A stretch of DNA of 64,000 bases, taken from NCBI GenBank assembly GCA_964016885.1, contig OZ024740.1:229524001-229588000 (forward strand). The letters run 5' to 3'. The DNA comes from Eledone cirrhosa. Its lineage: Eukaryota. Below are positions 14,700 to 29,714 of this stretch, one piece after another; within the stretch, counting starts at the first letter, position 1; the number at the start of each line of letters is the position of its first letter. A program made the position numbers and the translations under genes. A model generated the notes under the pieces. It saw only the letters and a program-made list of their open reading frames with translations. It made no database searches and was not told the DNA's origin.

Positions 14700-15148
14700 A
14701 TCTGCGTCATGTGATGTTTCTACACTGCATCTTGTTGTTACTATGTCACGTGGTGTCTCCACACTGTATCTATGCTGTTGTTACTATGTCACGTGGTGTC
14801 TCCACACTGTATCTATGCTGTTGTTACTATGTCACGTGGCGTCTCCACACTGTATCTGTGCTGCTGTTACTATGTCACGTGGTGTCTCCGCACTGTATCT
14901 GTGCTGCTGTTACTATGTCACGTGGTGTCTCCACACTGTATCTATGCTGTTGTTACTATGTCACGTGGTGTCTCCACACTATCTATGCTGTTGTTACTAT
15001 GTCACGTGGTGTCTCCACACTGTATCTATGCTGTTGTTACTATGTCACGTGGTGTCTCCACACTGTATCTATGCTGTTGTTACTATGTCACGTGGTGTCT
15101 CCACACTGTATCTATGCTGTTGTGGTTGTTACTGTCACGTGATGTCTG
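11550..15148. repeat. ~40-47-bp satellite with a CACGTG core and variable (GTT)n
   Basis: Unit tgtgtcacgtgatgtctac(a/g)ctgtatc(t/c)at(gtt)n; roughly 75-85 copies estimated from length. Confidence 0.97.
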
Positions 15149-15254
15149 TTTAAGTTGTATTGTAGCTCATTAACCACGTGTCATACTTCAAAGACAAGCC
15201 AATAAGACCATCCTGTCTCTTTCTAATCTTCGCACACTATATCAAATATATCCT

Positions 15255-15917
15255 TCACAGTGTCTGTATGTATGCAGCAATCATTGATAGTGTGTGTGTA
15301 TGTGTGTGTATGTGTGTGTATGTGTGTGTATGTATGCAGCAATCGTTGATAGTGTGTGTGTACGTCTGTATGTAAGTGTGTATGCATCAATCTTTGATAG
15401 TGTGTGTGTATGTGTGTATGTGTATATGTGTGTATGTGTGTGTATGTGTGTGTATGTATGCAGCAATATTTGATAGTATGTGTGTATGTGTGTATGTGTG
15501 TATGTGTGTGTATGTGTGTGTATGTGTGTGTATGTGTGTGTATGTATGCAGCAATCTTTGATAGTGTGTGTGTATGTGTGTATGTGTGTGTGTGTGTGTA
15601 TGTGTGTCTGTGTGTGTATGTGTTTGTATGTAGCAATATTTGATAGTGTGTGTGTGTATGTGTGCATGTGTGTGTATATATGTAGCAATCCTTGATAGTG
15701 TGTGTGTATATGTATGTGTGTGTATGTGTGTGTATGTGTGTGTATATGTATGTATGTAGCAATCTTTGATAGTGTGTGTGTAAGTGTGTGTATGCAGCAA
15801 TCTTTGATAGTGTGTATGTGTATGCAGCAATCTTTGGTAGTGTGTGTGTAAGTGTGTGTATGCACCAATCTTTGATAGTATGTGTGTATGTGTGTATATG
15901 TCTGCTGCAATCTTTGA

Positions 15918-15953
<36 letters not shown>

Positions 15954-16045
15954 CTCTATGCAGCAATGTTTTATAGTAGGTGTGCATATGTGTATATATG
16001 CATGTAATATGTATGTGCGCATGTATACAATCTTTCATAGTGTGT
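15255..16045. repeat. Minisatellite: tatgcagcaatctttgatag motif separated by variable TG/TATG spacers
   Basis: About 15 recurrences of the motif. Confidence 0.9.
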
Positions 16046-16226
16046 GTATATATATATATATGTGCGTGTATGTCTATATGTGAGTGTTTGCGTGTGTGCA
16101 CTTGTGTATGAATGTGTGTATGTAAGTGCGAGTGTCTAAGTGAGTGCATGTGTTTGAGGTTGTGTATGTGTGTCTTTGCGGTTGTATATGGGCATATGTG
16201 TGTGTTTGTTTTGTGATTGTCTATGT

Positions 16227-16390
16227 CAGTCATGGGCAAACTACGGCTCGCGAGCCGTATGTGGCCCGTTTGGCTTTCTGAATGGCACCCCTAATTCCAA
16301 AATTGCCTCGAAATTTTTAGTAGTGCGGCCGGCCATATGATAAGCCTCATCCTATGCGGCCCACTGCTTTAAAAGGGTTGCCCATGCCTG
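16227..16390. mobile_element. hAT (Charlie-type) MITE
   Basis: TIRs cagtcatgggcaa / ttgcccatgcctg; 8-bp TSD gtctatgt / gtttatgt; subterminal gcggccc motifs. Confidence 0.85.
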
Positions 16391-16899
16391 GTTTATGTGT
16401 TTGTGTGTATTTGTGTGTGTCTGTGAAAGTGCACATACGAGTGACTTTGGGGTTATGTATGAATATGGGCGTGTCTTTGGGATAAGCCGTGTATGAACAT
16501 ATACATGAGTTTGTGTGTGGATATAGCACAGAGTTACCAGTACATTTTGAGGATGCCATACAGCATTGTTTCAAGATTTGTTAATCGTTACTGGCATGGA
16601 ATACACTGTTAAGAATTTTGTGTCATGATCATTTGCATATATGAAATAGAAAGCATCAGCTGGAAATGCTCATTTGCATATAGAGCAAGCTTGGCTGGTT
16701 ATATTTAATGGGCGGTAATATATAGACAGCGATATCACCAAGACAATATTTTCATTGTCAGCAAGGCAACGTATATATTTATTTATATAAAAGTATTATT
16801 TATGTTTTCATATACACCACTAATATATATTTACACACAAACACACACACATATATATATATATATAAAATATGCAGACACCACCTCATGTCTCTCTCG

Positions 16900-16999
<100 letters not shown>

Positions 17000-17217
17000 G
17001 ATATTAATAAATGGAAACTATATTTATAAAACCATATTTATTTCATTATATATATTTCAGGGATACCACATTAAATTATGGTATGCCTTCATCAGACAAA
17101 ATACAATATATAACAGTTTTACAAATAGGTTTGACGTACCCTTTAAAATACAACCATTACTTTTGGAGGCTGTCTGGATATATATATATATATATGTCTG
17201 ATATATATATATATATG

Positions 17218-17256
<39 letters not shown>

Positions 17257-17715
17257 AATTTGAGTACAGCATCAACGAAACTTTTCGCTGCGGCCAAGCT
17301 AACGAATGCAGATTCGGAATGCAGCTTAGCACTCCATGGAGAATATTACCCCAGAGTTATAACAATACGTTTAGACAGCTTTGCAAATCAAATATAGCGA
17401 CCGACAGTCTGGCCGCATTGCCATAGCAAGTAAAAAATTTGAACTCAGGAAAAGATTATATATATATATATATATATAGGAAAAGATCTAGCTGTCGAAT
17501 CGGCCGGAGCTCAGCCGTCGGGGTCCTGACTCTTTTCCTATTACCGACTCTACTACCCTCAGTATCGAGTACGATATATTGCCAAATATACTATACATAC
17601 ATTCATGTATACATCACTATTTCAGAGCACCAATCCTAATACCTCATTTTTGCTGGACCGGCAATCGCTCTGTATAATCAGTTCCTATAATTTTCGGCAG
17701 AAGCAGGGGAGTGCG

Positions 17716-17760
17716 TGGCTCTGATGAACGCCAACCAGCGTGAAACAGACTGTCAGCTTC
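17716..17760 (+). ncRNA. Type I hammerhead ribozyme motif in a pLTR-like module (~17570-17890)
   Basis: gct-CTGATGA-acgc caacca gcgt-GAAAC-agact-GTC-agc. Confidence 0.8.
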
Positions 17761-17910
17761 TCTCCTTTCTTTCGTCGAAAAGAAGTAAGTGTCATAGTCA
17801 CTACTTTAAAACTGATAGCGTATGGTCTTCTAAATGTTTTTAATTAAACATACGGTATATTGTCAAATATTCTATACATACAATCATGTATTCAGAGCAC
17901 CAATACTATA

Positions 17911-17965
<55 letters not shown>

Positions 17966-17969
<4 letters not shown>

Positions 17970-18129
17970 AACAAGTAAGACCCCGACGGCTAATTCCAGA
18001 ATTAGCCGTCGAAACGGCTTGAGCTCAGCCGTCGGGGTCTTACTTGTTCCTATTACCCACTCTACTACCCTAAGTATTGAGTACTTTGGTGCGTTATGGT
18101 CCACCTGGTTCCTTACCACATTTCCTTCG

Positions 18130-18132
<3 letters not shown>
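17966..18132 (+). mobile_element. TA-embedded hairpin element family P1 (another copy at 17478-17570)
   Basis: Inverted 5' arm plus gaaacggcttgagctcagccgtcggggtc...gtattgagtac...ccttcgtta; (TA)n on both sides. Confidence 0.8.
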
Positions 18133-18193
<61 letters not shown>

Positions 18194-18384
18194 GTAAATA
18201 TATGTATGCATACATATATATGCATATATATCCATATGTATGCATATATATATATATATATATATGCATATATATCCATATGTATGCATATATATATGCA
18301 TATATATCCATATGTATGCATACATATATTTCAGGAGTACAATTCATAAACTACTCCCGTTAGCTAGGTGAACTGAAGTAACAT

Positions 18385-18539
<155 letters not shown>

Positions 18540-18794
18540 ACTTACTGTGGTCATCTGAAAGATTAGGCACGTGTCTATAAATGTCTGAGTAATAACCGTG
18601 TGAGTCATTAACTGTTAAACAAAAAATATATACTTTATATTTATACCTAAATAACATTTAAAGCTATTTCTTTACCAGGGAAATTGCCCGTCACACTAGT
18701 GAAATTCTTCCGGTTACAGGTTTGTTTACATACATTCAGCCCCCCCCCCCCACACCACCACCACCAATCCCCTCCCACCACCTATCAAGGCTTT

Positions 18795-18992
18795 TATTAA
18801 TCAATTCTATCGTGCAATGCCTTTGCGTGAGGATTTTTTATTAAATGAGGAAAGACTGTGCACTGAGCCAACCCCACTCTCTGAGCGACAGTAGCTAAAA
18901 CCCGAAAAGAATAAAACATCAACATCATCGGTAACTACTGAGCCGCAGGTTTTATGTCAGAGTTATCCCAGTTTACATACATACATACATAC

Positions 18993-19044
<52 letters not shown>

Positions 19045-19602
19045 GCATACATACATACATACATACATGCATACATACATACATACATACATACATACAT
19101 ACATACATACATACATAAAACATATATGATGGCTGCACGCTCGGCTAATAGTATTGCAATCACTTGTCAGATTATAGAGTTTGGTGCACTTTTAGGCTAC
19201 GGCCAGCCACACAAACCTGTAACATATCCTGAACAAGCAATGCCTGAGCTTTGAAGGTGTTTTTAAGTGGGGAAAGGCCTTGCACTCGACCAATCCCACT
19301 CTCTGAGCATCGAAAACACCACCTGAAAAGGAGAACTGGTCAACATCATCGGATGCTTTTGAACTAGTCAACATCATCGGTTTTATTTTCAAAGTTTCCC
19401 TTTCCTAGAAAGGTGTTGTGACAACAACTGGGGGCCTTTCAATCCCAGGTAAAAAAAAAAAATAAAAGTACTATTTGGACGGCCGTTGACTCTGCTGAGT
19501 TCCTCCCCCCTTTGCTGGGTCTTGTATTTCATCCCGCAGAGTGTCCAAATATCACCCTCCTCACCAAGTAATCTTGGTAGAGTTGCCGGTTTAGTCGCTA
19601 AT
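18795..19602 (-). mobile_element. Two fragments of an RTE-derived non-autonomous family around an (ATAC)n tract
   Basis: 18795-18975 matches 56905-57088; 19125-19602 matches the 56118-57462 family. Confidence 0.7.
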
Positions 19603-19741
19603 TAGAATGCTGTTGAAGTGTTATACATTTTTGAGGACTCCCTGTATATATATATATTATTTATGCTTTATTATTATATATATATATATGTATATATTGA
19701 CGAAACATAAGTCAATTGTATGAACTCATAATCTTTTATTT

Positions 19742-19797
19742 ACTGCTATATATATTTCGATGATAGCCATTGAATGGTTATGACCTCATCAAGCAGT
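19742..19797 (-). ncRNA. Hammerhead-like motif (C3 changed to U), same family as 51836
   Basis: Reverse complement actgc-TTGATGA-ggtcataacca ttcaa tggctatcatc-GAAATATATATA-gcagt. Confidence 0.65.
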
Positions 19798-20021
19798 TAG
19801 TCAGTTCTTAGATATGCCAGCTCAGTGTTTATAGTGTTGATGGTATCAGAGCCGTGGGACACTATATATATATATATTATTGGGACACTATATATATATA
19901 TATATATATATATACAGGGTAACAAATAATAGTTAAATGCAGTCCAGTTCAGAGAAACAATTGTCAGCTATGAGATTAAAAACCTTTTTTGTATAGCAAA
20001 CCATGTCAACCTTCTTTCCTG

Positions 20022-20093
<72 letters not shown>

Positions 20094-20139
20094 TATGCTA
20101 TATTATTAACATTAATGTAAAAAAATTATAATCATGTAT

Positions 20140-20617
20140 CAGACTCAGACTCAGAAGCTCCCGCGTCTTGCGACGCCTGAGGCAATCACAGTGTTCCACC
20201 GCGTTCGGTCAGCAGCCAGTTGCACAGCGTCCCGCCATTGTCTGTTTGTCGCTCGCAGGTCCCTCTCAACTGTCTGGCGCCAGTTCATTTTGGGTCGCCC
20301 TCTTCGTCTGCTTCCCTGTGGGTTCCATTTAAGTACTTGGTTCGCCAGTCTCTCCGGGGGAAGTCTCAAAGCGTGTCCAAACCAGCCCAGGCGTCGCTTG
20401 CAGATGGCAGAAGAGACCAGCTGCTGGTTGGTGCGGTTCCTGACTTCCTGGTTTGTTACATGGTCACTCCATTTAATCCCCAGGACCTTTCGCAGACACC
20501 TGGAATCGAATGCGTCCAACTTCTTCTCTTGGCTGGTCTTAAGGTGCCATGTTTCACTTCCGTACAAGAGTATGGACAGCACGTTGCTGTTGTAGACAAT
20601 TCATAGTGCATCAGATT
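20140..20617 (-). mobile_element. 5'-truncated RTE-clade LINE with TSD
   Basis: ORF 20151-20582 LLYGSETW...CLRKVLGIKWSD...WFGHALR...RGRP; (TCTGAG)n tail; TSD taatcatgtat at 20129-20139 and 20618-20628. Confidence 0.92.
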
Positions 20618-21087
20618 TAATCATGTATAATTATTTTAAACTTTTTACCCGACTTTTTTAGAGAAGGGCCTCAAATTTCATATTGCTTAGGGTCTCAGCA
20701 GGTGAAAATCAGCCCCTGCATACATACAATATGCAATGTTTTTGTTTTTACTGTTTACTCAGAGAGGGAAGAGCAGCCGCCATGACCCCTTTCGGAGTCT
20801 GCGTGATCGGTGACATTGGTCAGAATGCAATAGACTTCAATAAAGGCACCGAACATCCATGTAGTGGTGGGAAATGAGATGCCGTGATCAAGTTCATTCC
20901 ACTATCCCAGTAAGACACAATTGTATTTGAACACAGAACAAACACGGCCAGCCAGCTTGTCCATAATCTCTTCTTAATCTTATCAAATCCGAATGAATGA
21001 CAGGAAAAGTTGACCCCGGCGGGTTTTAAACAAAATATTGGATTTTAATGTGATTTTTATTTTCTTATTATTATTTAAATTTAACAT

Positions 21088-21740
21088 GGTGGTAGATTGA
21101 CAGAATCGGTAGAGCGTCCGAAAACAGGCTTTGCGGCACATAGTTACATCCCTTTACGTTCTGAGTTCAAGTCACACCGAGGTTAGCTTTGCCCTTCATT
21201 TATCGCTAAGCGGTCGATAAAACAAAGCACCAGTAATGCACTCGGGTTGATTTAATCGACTTTCCCATCTCCCAAAATCCATTGGCCTTGTGCCTAAATC
21301 AGAAACCCTTATTTACAACTAACATGCTGGTGGACTGTTAAGGCGTCGGACAAAATGTCTTGTGGCGTTGTTTCCCGCACTTTACATTCTAAGTTCAAAT
21401 CCCACCGAGGTCAATTTTTTATACTTCTTTCGGGGTAGATAAAATAAATTGTTTCTACTTTTGGCACAAGGCCAGCAATTACGTAGTGCATTACTGGTAC
21501 TTTATTTTATCGACCCCGTAAGGATGAAAGGCAAAGTCAACCTCGGTGCGATTTGAACTCAGATCGTAAAGGGACGTAACTATGCTGGAAAGCATGGCGT
21601 CCGACCCTCTACCGATACTGCCAATCCACCGCCACCGGGGTAGATAAAATAAAGCACAATGAAAGTATTGAGATCAATACAATTGACTTACGACTCCTCC
21701 CAAAATTGTTGGCCTTGGACTAAAATTAAAAATCATCATT
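21088..21740. mobile_element. S1 SINE cluster: two + copies, the second split by a nested - copy
   Basis: 18-bp TSD cggggtagataaaataaa at 21431-21448 and 21636-21653. Confidence 0.85.
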
Positions 21741-22000
21741 TACATTGAATATTGGTGAGACAAACACTTGGAATAATACTGTAAGTGGAACGAAAGAAAA
21801 ATGAAAGAGGTCATTGAAAGATAGAAGAGTGACAATAATAATATCTACCTATAATTATATTATATACATAAATAAGTATAATGTTCTGTCCAGGAAAAAA
21901 CAAAATGTCTGCATATTTATATATATATATATATATGCAAAACGTAAACAGAAATGACAAAGCAAACGACAGAATATGATGACGAAATATATTAGTTTTA

Positions 22001-22058
<58 letters not shown>

Positions 22059-22155
22059 GCGAAGTTTATTACCATAGTTTTATTAGAGTTTATAGCCGGA
22101 ACAAAGTGTTGTTTGTGTGTGAGAGAGTGTGTGTATGGATGTATGTTTTATATAA

Positions 22156-22188
<33 letters not shown>

Positions 22189-22192
<4 letters not shown>

Positions 22193-22375
22193 AAAGAGTA
22201 GGACCCCGACGGCTGAGCTCAAGCCGTTTCGAATTAGCCGTCCCGAATTAGCCGTCGAAACGGCTTGAGCTCAGCCGTCGGGGTCCTACTCTTTCCTATT
22301 ACCCACTCTACTACCCTAAGTATTGAGTACTTTGGTGCGTTATGGTCCACCTGGTTCCTTACCACATTTCCTTCG

Positions 22376-22378
<3 letters not shown>
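22189..22378 (+). mobile_element. TA-embedded hairpin element family P1
   Basis: taggaaagagtaggaccccgacggctgagctc arm inverted against the downstream copy; same 3' tail as 17966. Confidence 0.8.
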
Positions 22379-22433
<55 letters not shown>

Positions 22434-23202
22434 ATGTGTGTGTGTGTGTGTAATGTACATATACATAAATATTAAAATGATTTCTATATTTATATAAATC
22501 ATTATGCCCCTTGTTTACTCGTATCTACCTTATTTCATTTACAATAAAGACCTAAAACTGATAAACTGATAAACTGATAAACACTATTCCAGTATTTCTC
22601 TTTACCGCATTTTATATTATTTGTTTTCTGATTATATTGAAACACAAAATTCCAATGTTTAATTATACTTGCTTATCTTTTACTAAACTCCCGCCTTATT
22701 CTTTCATTTGAATGGATCTAATCTATTCATTTAAATGTTTATAAACTATTTATAGCACATGAGACGCTGCATGTAACATGTTAAACATAATGTTTATAAC
22801 ACGCAAACCTTTCGACATTAAAATTACATCTTAGCATTCATAACATATCACTTTATCATAGTTATATGTAAACAGATCTGTTCAATTAATATCTATATTG
22901 TTATATATTTCATTGGTAGTTAAACTTTGGTCATTATCAATAACAATATGATATAAATAAAAGCTATTTTATTTGTATAATTTAATCAATGACCTGTAAG
23001 TATATACTTAAATAAACTACGCTCTCCTAAACCTATCCATTTTCATAGTGATACGTTAAATATCTGTCAAAACCATAAATATATTCACTTTTTTCGTTTA
23101 TTTGATAAATTCATGGTTTTCATATCCTTTTTTTTTATTGTTTTTAAATTCATATTTTTTATATTCTTATGTAAATAGTATCCACTTTGACAGTTGAACA
23201 CA

Positions 23203-23275
<73 letters not shown>

Positions 23276-23302
23276 ACACATAATATATGTTATATATATG
23301 TG

Positions 23303-23356
<54 letters not shown>

Positions 23357-23401
23357 ATGCATAAATAAATACACACGTTCTCACACAAAGACACAAACAC
23401 T

Positions 23402-23442
<41 letters not shown>

Positions 23443-23609
23443 ATGTATACAAACACACACAGACACACACACACAAGCAATTCTTCATAGGATCCCCACT
23501 TCAATTTACGTAGAAAACTAATTCAATTCTTTATATATACGTACGTATATATATGTGTGTGTGTGTGTGTGTGTATGCGTGTGTGCATTTGTATGCATTT
23601 ATGTGTGTT

Positions 23610-23665
<56 letters not shown>

Positions 23666-23802
23666 TATGTATATATATATAAATACAAATACATACACAC
23701 ATACAAACACACACACAAACGCACACACGCACGCACACACACACACACGCACACACACGCACACACAAACACACACACACACGCACACACACGCACACAC
23801 AA

Positions 23803-23856
<54 letters not shown>

Positions 23857-24012
23857 TATATATATATATATATATACACATATATATGTATATATATATA
23901 AATACAAATACATACACACATACAAACACGCACACAAACGCACACACGCACGCACACACACACACGCGCACACGCACGCACACAAACACACACACTCACA
24001 CACACGCACACA

Positions 24013-24122
<110 letters not shown>

Positions 24123-24149
24123 TATATATATATATGATATATATATATA

Positions 24150-24187
<38 letters not shown>

Positions 24188-24422
24188 TATATACATAACA
24201 TAAAAGTTAAAAGCAGCCAATTACCATAAAGACAGACCCGAGAGTTATACTTATCTTTGTTCAACGTATTAAATAAAAGCTAAAAATTATACAGATACGT
24301 TTCAAATGTTTAGATTTCATCAAACAACTTTGAAGCGAAGTTTATTACCATAGTTTTATTAGAGTTTATAGCCGGAACAAAGTGTTGTTTGTGAGTGAGA
24401 GAGTGTGTGTGTGTCTGGGTGT

Positions 24423-24463
<41 letters not shown>

Positions 24464-24500
24464 ATACATACATACACACAGTGTGTGTGTGTATGGGTAT

Positions 24501-25748
<1,248 letters not shown>

Positions 25749-25799
25749 CTGTGTGTGTTTGTGTGTGTGTGTGTGTACACACACACACAAACACACACA

Positions 25800-25873
<74 letters not shown>

Positions 25874-25979
25874 CATATGTATGTATATATGTGAATGTGC
25901 GTGCTCCTGTGTGTGTTGTGTGTGCGTGTCTGTGTGAATTACTCGGCGATGGATAGATATGGAATTTATATATATATAC

Positions 25980-26318
25980 ATGGCTTAGTGGTTAGAGCAT
26001 TGGCCTTGCAATCGAAAGGTTGTGAGTTCAATTCTCAGACCAGGTGATGTGTTGTTTCCTTGAGCAAGACACTTTATTTCACATTGCTCCAGTTTACTCA
26101 GCTGTAGAAATGAGATGATAGGGACTGGGTCCATATCATTCACTGCAAAGTGGTCGTGGAGGTGCCACGGCAAAAAAGCAGCCAGCACTCACTGTAAATG
26201 AAGTTGGTGTTAGGAAGGGCATCCAGCTGTAGAAATCAAGCCAAAATCAGTTCCCGTCCCACCCTTGCAAGCAGGGAAAAAGTGGACGTAAAATGACATG
26301 ATGATGATGATGATGATA
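25980..26318 (+). mobile_element. tRNA-derived CORE-type SINE, composite, with (GAT)n tail
   Basis: A box tggcttagtgg, B box gagttcaattc, ccttgagcaagacacttta core. Confidence 0.75.
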
Positions 26319-26321
26319 CAG

Positions 26322-26365
<44 letters not shown>

Positions 26366-26383
26366 ATAATTATTATTATTATT

Positions 26384-27669
26384 TAGTTAAGCAAAAGTTG
26401 ACAGGGTGGATCGTCGACAACAGATGGGGGGGGGACTCTAAAAAGAGAGATTAGAGTAATGTCGATAGGGTTAGAGAAGAATAGAAAGGATGGGACGCTG
26501 GTAGATAAGTTAGACGAGGCTATTGGTAGTGGCATTGCAACTGACGTGCTAGCGGCGAGAAAGGCATTAGACCATTTCTTCAATGCGAAACACGAAGGTT
26601 GCATTGTCAGAGCTAAGGCGCGTGCTCTGAGAAATGAGGGAACCAAAGTTGTTCGATGGGCCCGCATGGCGGAGGCGCAGCCTGGTAATAAACCACAATT
26701 CGGTCTTTGACTGACCAAGACGAACACGAGCTGAGCGATTCCTGGTGGACGTGTGAGGCCTTTCGCCAGCACTTTGCTCGGTTGTTCCGGGGAGAAGTGG
26801 CGGGTCAGAGACAGTAGCAAATTTCAGTCCCTACCTCAACGGCGTGCCGCGCCTCTCGACGGCGACGCTGAGCGCTGCGAAAGGCCGATTACTTCAGCCG
26901 AAATTCAGGATGCTCTTGTCGGTTGCACGAGCCACAAGTCACTCGGTTTGGATGGTCTGCCTTATGAGCTTTGCGTAAGTATGCCAGACTTGTTCTCCGA
27001 TCTCCTCGAAACGCTCTACTGCAATTGGCAGCTGAACGGGAGTATTCCCAGTTCTGTGAGCCGGGGTGTAGTGACGCTGATAAGGAAAGACGAGAACAAG
27101 AGGGACACATTAAACTACTTCAAGCCCATAACTCTGCTCAACACAGAGTTTAAGATTTTGGCCAATGTGTTAAAGAAGAGGTTGGCGCTTGTTGTCGAGG
27201 ATTTGGTTAGGGAGACACAAACTTGCTCAATCTCGACCAGGTCCATACACAACAACCTCCACCTCATGCGATACATCATAGAGAAGGTAGGGTGTAAACC
27301 TGGCTTCGGTGGGGCTCTGATCAATTTAGATCAATCGAAAGCATTCGATAGGGTCGACCATCGGTACTTCGAGGCTGTCCTCAAGGCAGCTGGCTTCGGC
27401 CCCTTCTTCAGAAGCTGGATCGCTGCAATGTACAGCGGTATCTGCTCGGTGGTCAAAGTTAATGGCCACTTCTCGGAACCGTTTCAGATCGCCCGATCGG
27501 TCCGCCAAGGGTGCCCTCTTTCTTCCCTTCTGTGCGTATTGTCTCTCGAGCCTTTACTGCGGAAGGTGGAACTGTTGCATGGCATCCTGCTCGAACCGGG
27601 ACGCGGAAAGGCTGTGCCGACTTAGGCGGATGACATCACCGTGATGGTATCGGACACCTCGGGAATCGT
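26384..27669 (+). mobile_element. Tx1/L1 fragment B (linker and RT, disrupted)
   Basis: Colinear with 42538-43850; frameshifts; YADD mutated to *ADD at 27623; (ATT)5 at the 5' junction. Confidence 0.92.
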
Positions 27670-28112
27670 GTGCGCGTGTGTGTGTGTGTGTGTGCGCGTG
27701 TTGTGTGTGTGTGTGTCTGTGTGTATACTAGTATATATTTTTAAAGTACCGAGGTTATAGGAAAGATATTTGGTATAATCCCGATGGCTCACATGAGGTA
27801 TGGTTTGAACGTATAAGTGGGTGAACCTGTCTGAGAATGCTAAGACAATTTACATTTCTAATGGGGCGATCACGCGTGGTTTTCCCGGGCCTCGAGGTTT
27901 TATCATTACCCACACATATTAACGTATGTGTGCACTCTGAGCTACAGGTTTGTATTTCTAATGTACAAACCTTATATCATTGAGTGAATAAGAGACGGCG
28001 GCCGAAGCTATGCCGATTCTCTTCGACTAGCTTCGTAAACCGATACATACATACATACATACATACAACACAAACATACATACATACATACATACATACA
28101 TACATACATACA

Positions 28113-28161
<49 letters not shown>

Positions 28162-28162
28162 G

Positions 28163-28193
<31 letters not shown>

Positions 28194-28194
28194 A

Positions 28195-28248
<54 letters not shown>

Positions 28249-28957
28249 AGTAGTCTTTCAATTTAGTGCTGAAGAGCTGTGTGTATAATTACTAGTGTTT
28301 GGTTGTCTGGTTGTCTGGTCACATGTTGAGTCAGTGATCCACTCTTGTGCACTGTTTCACTCAACTGACTCTTCACCATTTTTTCTAGTTCAAAACAATC
28401 AGTAGTGGTTCTTACATACACTTTACACTTCACACACAGACAGACTATTTATTCCTCACGGAACAGCAGCACATCCCATCTAAGCTGTCACCCAAGAGAT
28501 AACTAACTAACCAACTAACCCTAACCCCTCTTCTATCTTATTGATCATTTTGTTCCCCTCCTCCTCCTCCTCATTCTCCCCTTTCCTCCTCCTACTCCTC
28601 CGCCTCATCATCATCATCATCATCATCATCCTTATCCTTCTCCACCTCCACCTCCACGTAACTATGATTGTTGTTTCTTTTCGTCTATTTTGTCAATTAT
28701 CTTTTCTAATATTTCTTTCTGACCCCCTCTCCTCCTCCTCCTCCTCCACTCCCCCACCGCCGCCATATTTATTTCGTTTATCTTGTTTTGTGTCACTAGA
28801 GGATAAGGAAAGAGAAAATGTTAAAGAAATATTTTGCATGAAATTCAAGAAGGAATAATTGTTACTTGATGTCACAATGACGAAGCATTACAGTTAATAG
28901 CCAATGATCACTGCTATTAAGTTTATTTTATTTATTTCTCGCCAAGTAGAAGGAAAA

Positions 28958-29110
28958 GGCGGCGAATTGGCAAAGTCGTTAGAACGTCGGATAGAATGCT
29001 TTGTGGTTTCTTTGCTGTTCTCTGCTCTCTGAGTTCAAATCCCGCTGAAGTCAATTTTATTTTTTATTCATTCGTGGTTAATAAAAAAGTACCAGTCTGG
29101 TACTGGGTTG
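28958..29110 (+). mobile_element. Diverged S1 SINE
   Basis: ggcggcgaattggc head, gagttcaaatccc B box. Confidence 0.7.
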
Positions 29111-29714
29111 ATTCTTCCTTATATCTCTTTCTCACTTCCATTCTCTCACTTTCTATCCTTCCTTGGAAGAAATCTGCTGCCTTCCGTCACTACAACACCC
29201 TTGTGACTCCATTAGGAGTTACGAAATAAAGAGAAAATTATGGAAGAAAAAAGAAGAAATAATAGTAGTCGCTCTATAAACAAATGGAATGGACCTCCGT
29301 CGGTTTCAATTATGAGCGCTCCTGTTGTTCGATCAACGGAACAACCAGCTCATGAAATTAACGTGTAAGTGATTGAACATTCCAAAGACACGTGTACTCT
29401 TACATTCTCACGGAGATTCAGCGTGACATAGTATGTGATGCGTCTGGCCATTTAAATTACAGGTACAGTCCATTTGACGGGCTTCCTAACAGTTTCCGTC
29501 TACCCAGTTTCACTCAATTCCTCAAAATCAATGAATTGATGTTTATAGATCAGAAGAGGTCCGATAATATAATGAAGGAAACAATCAGTATTAGGTGAGT
29601 TCTTTCTTGGGTCTAAAGACTCACCAGGCCGGCGCCACCCTAACCACGAGACACCCTAACCACAAGACCACACATTCAGTAATGGGGAAAAAACAAATAT
29701 TCGGAGAACTGGCT

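Noticed and set aside
11550-16045. CRISPR-like repeat-spacer arrays
   Set aside because: Spacers are microsatellite length variants, not unique sequences; no cas genes; eukaryotic context
19950-19972. Isolated GAAACAATTGTC (similar at ~54990 on the minus strand)
   Set aside because: No upstream CTGAnGA or stems; at most a truncated hammerhead half
25980-26045. tRNA genes (also at 57689 and S1 heads)
   Set aside because: A/B boxes continue into SINE bodies; no intact cloverleaf
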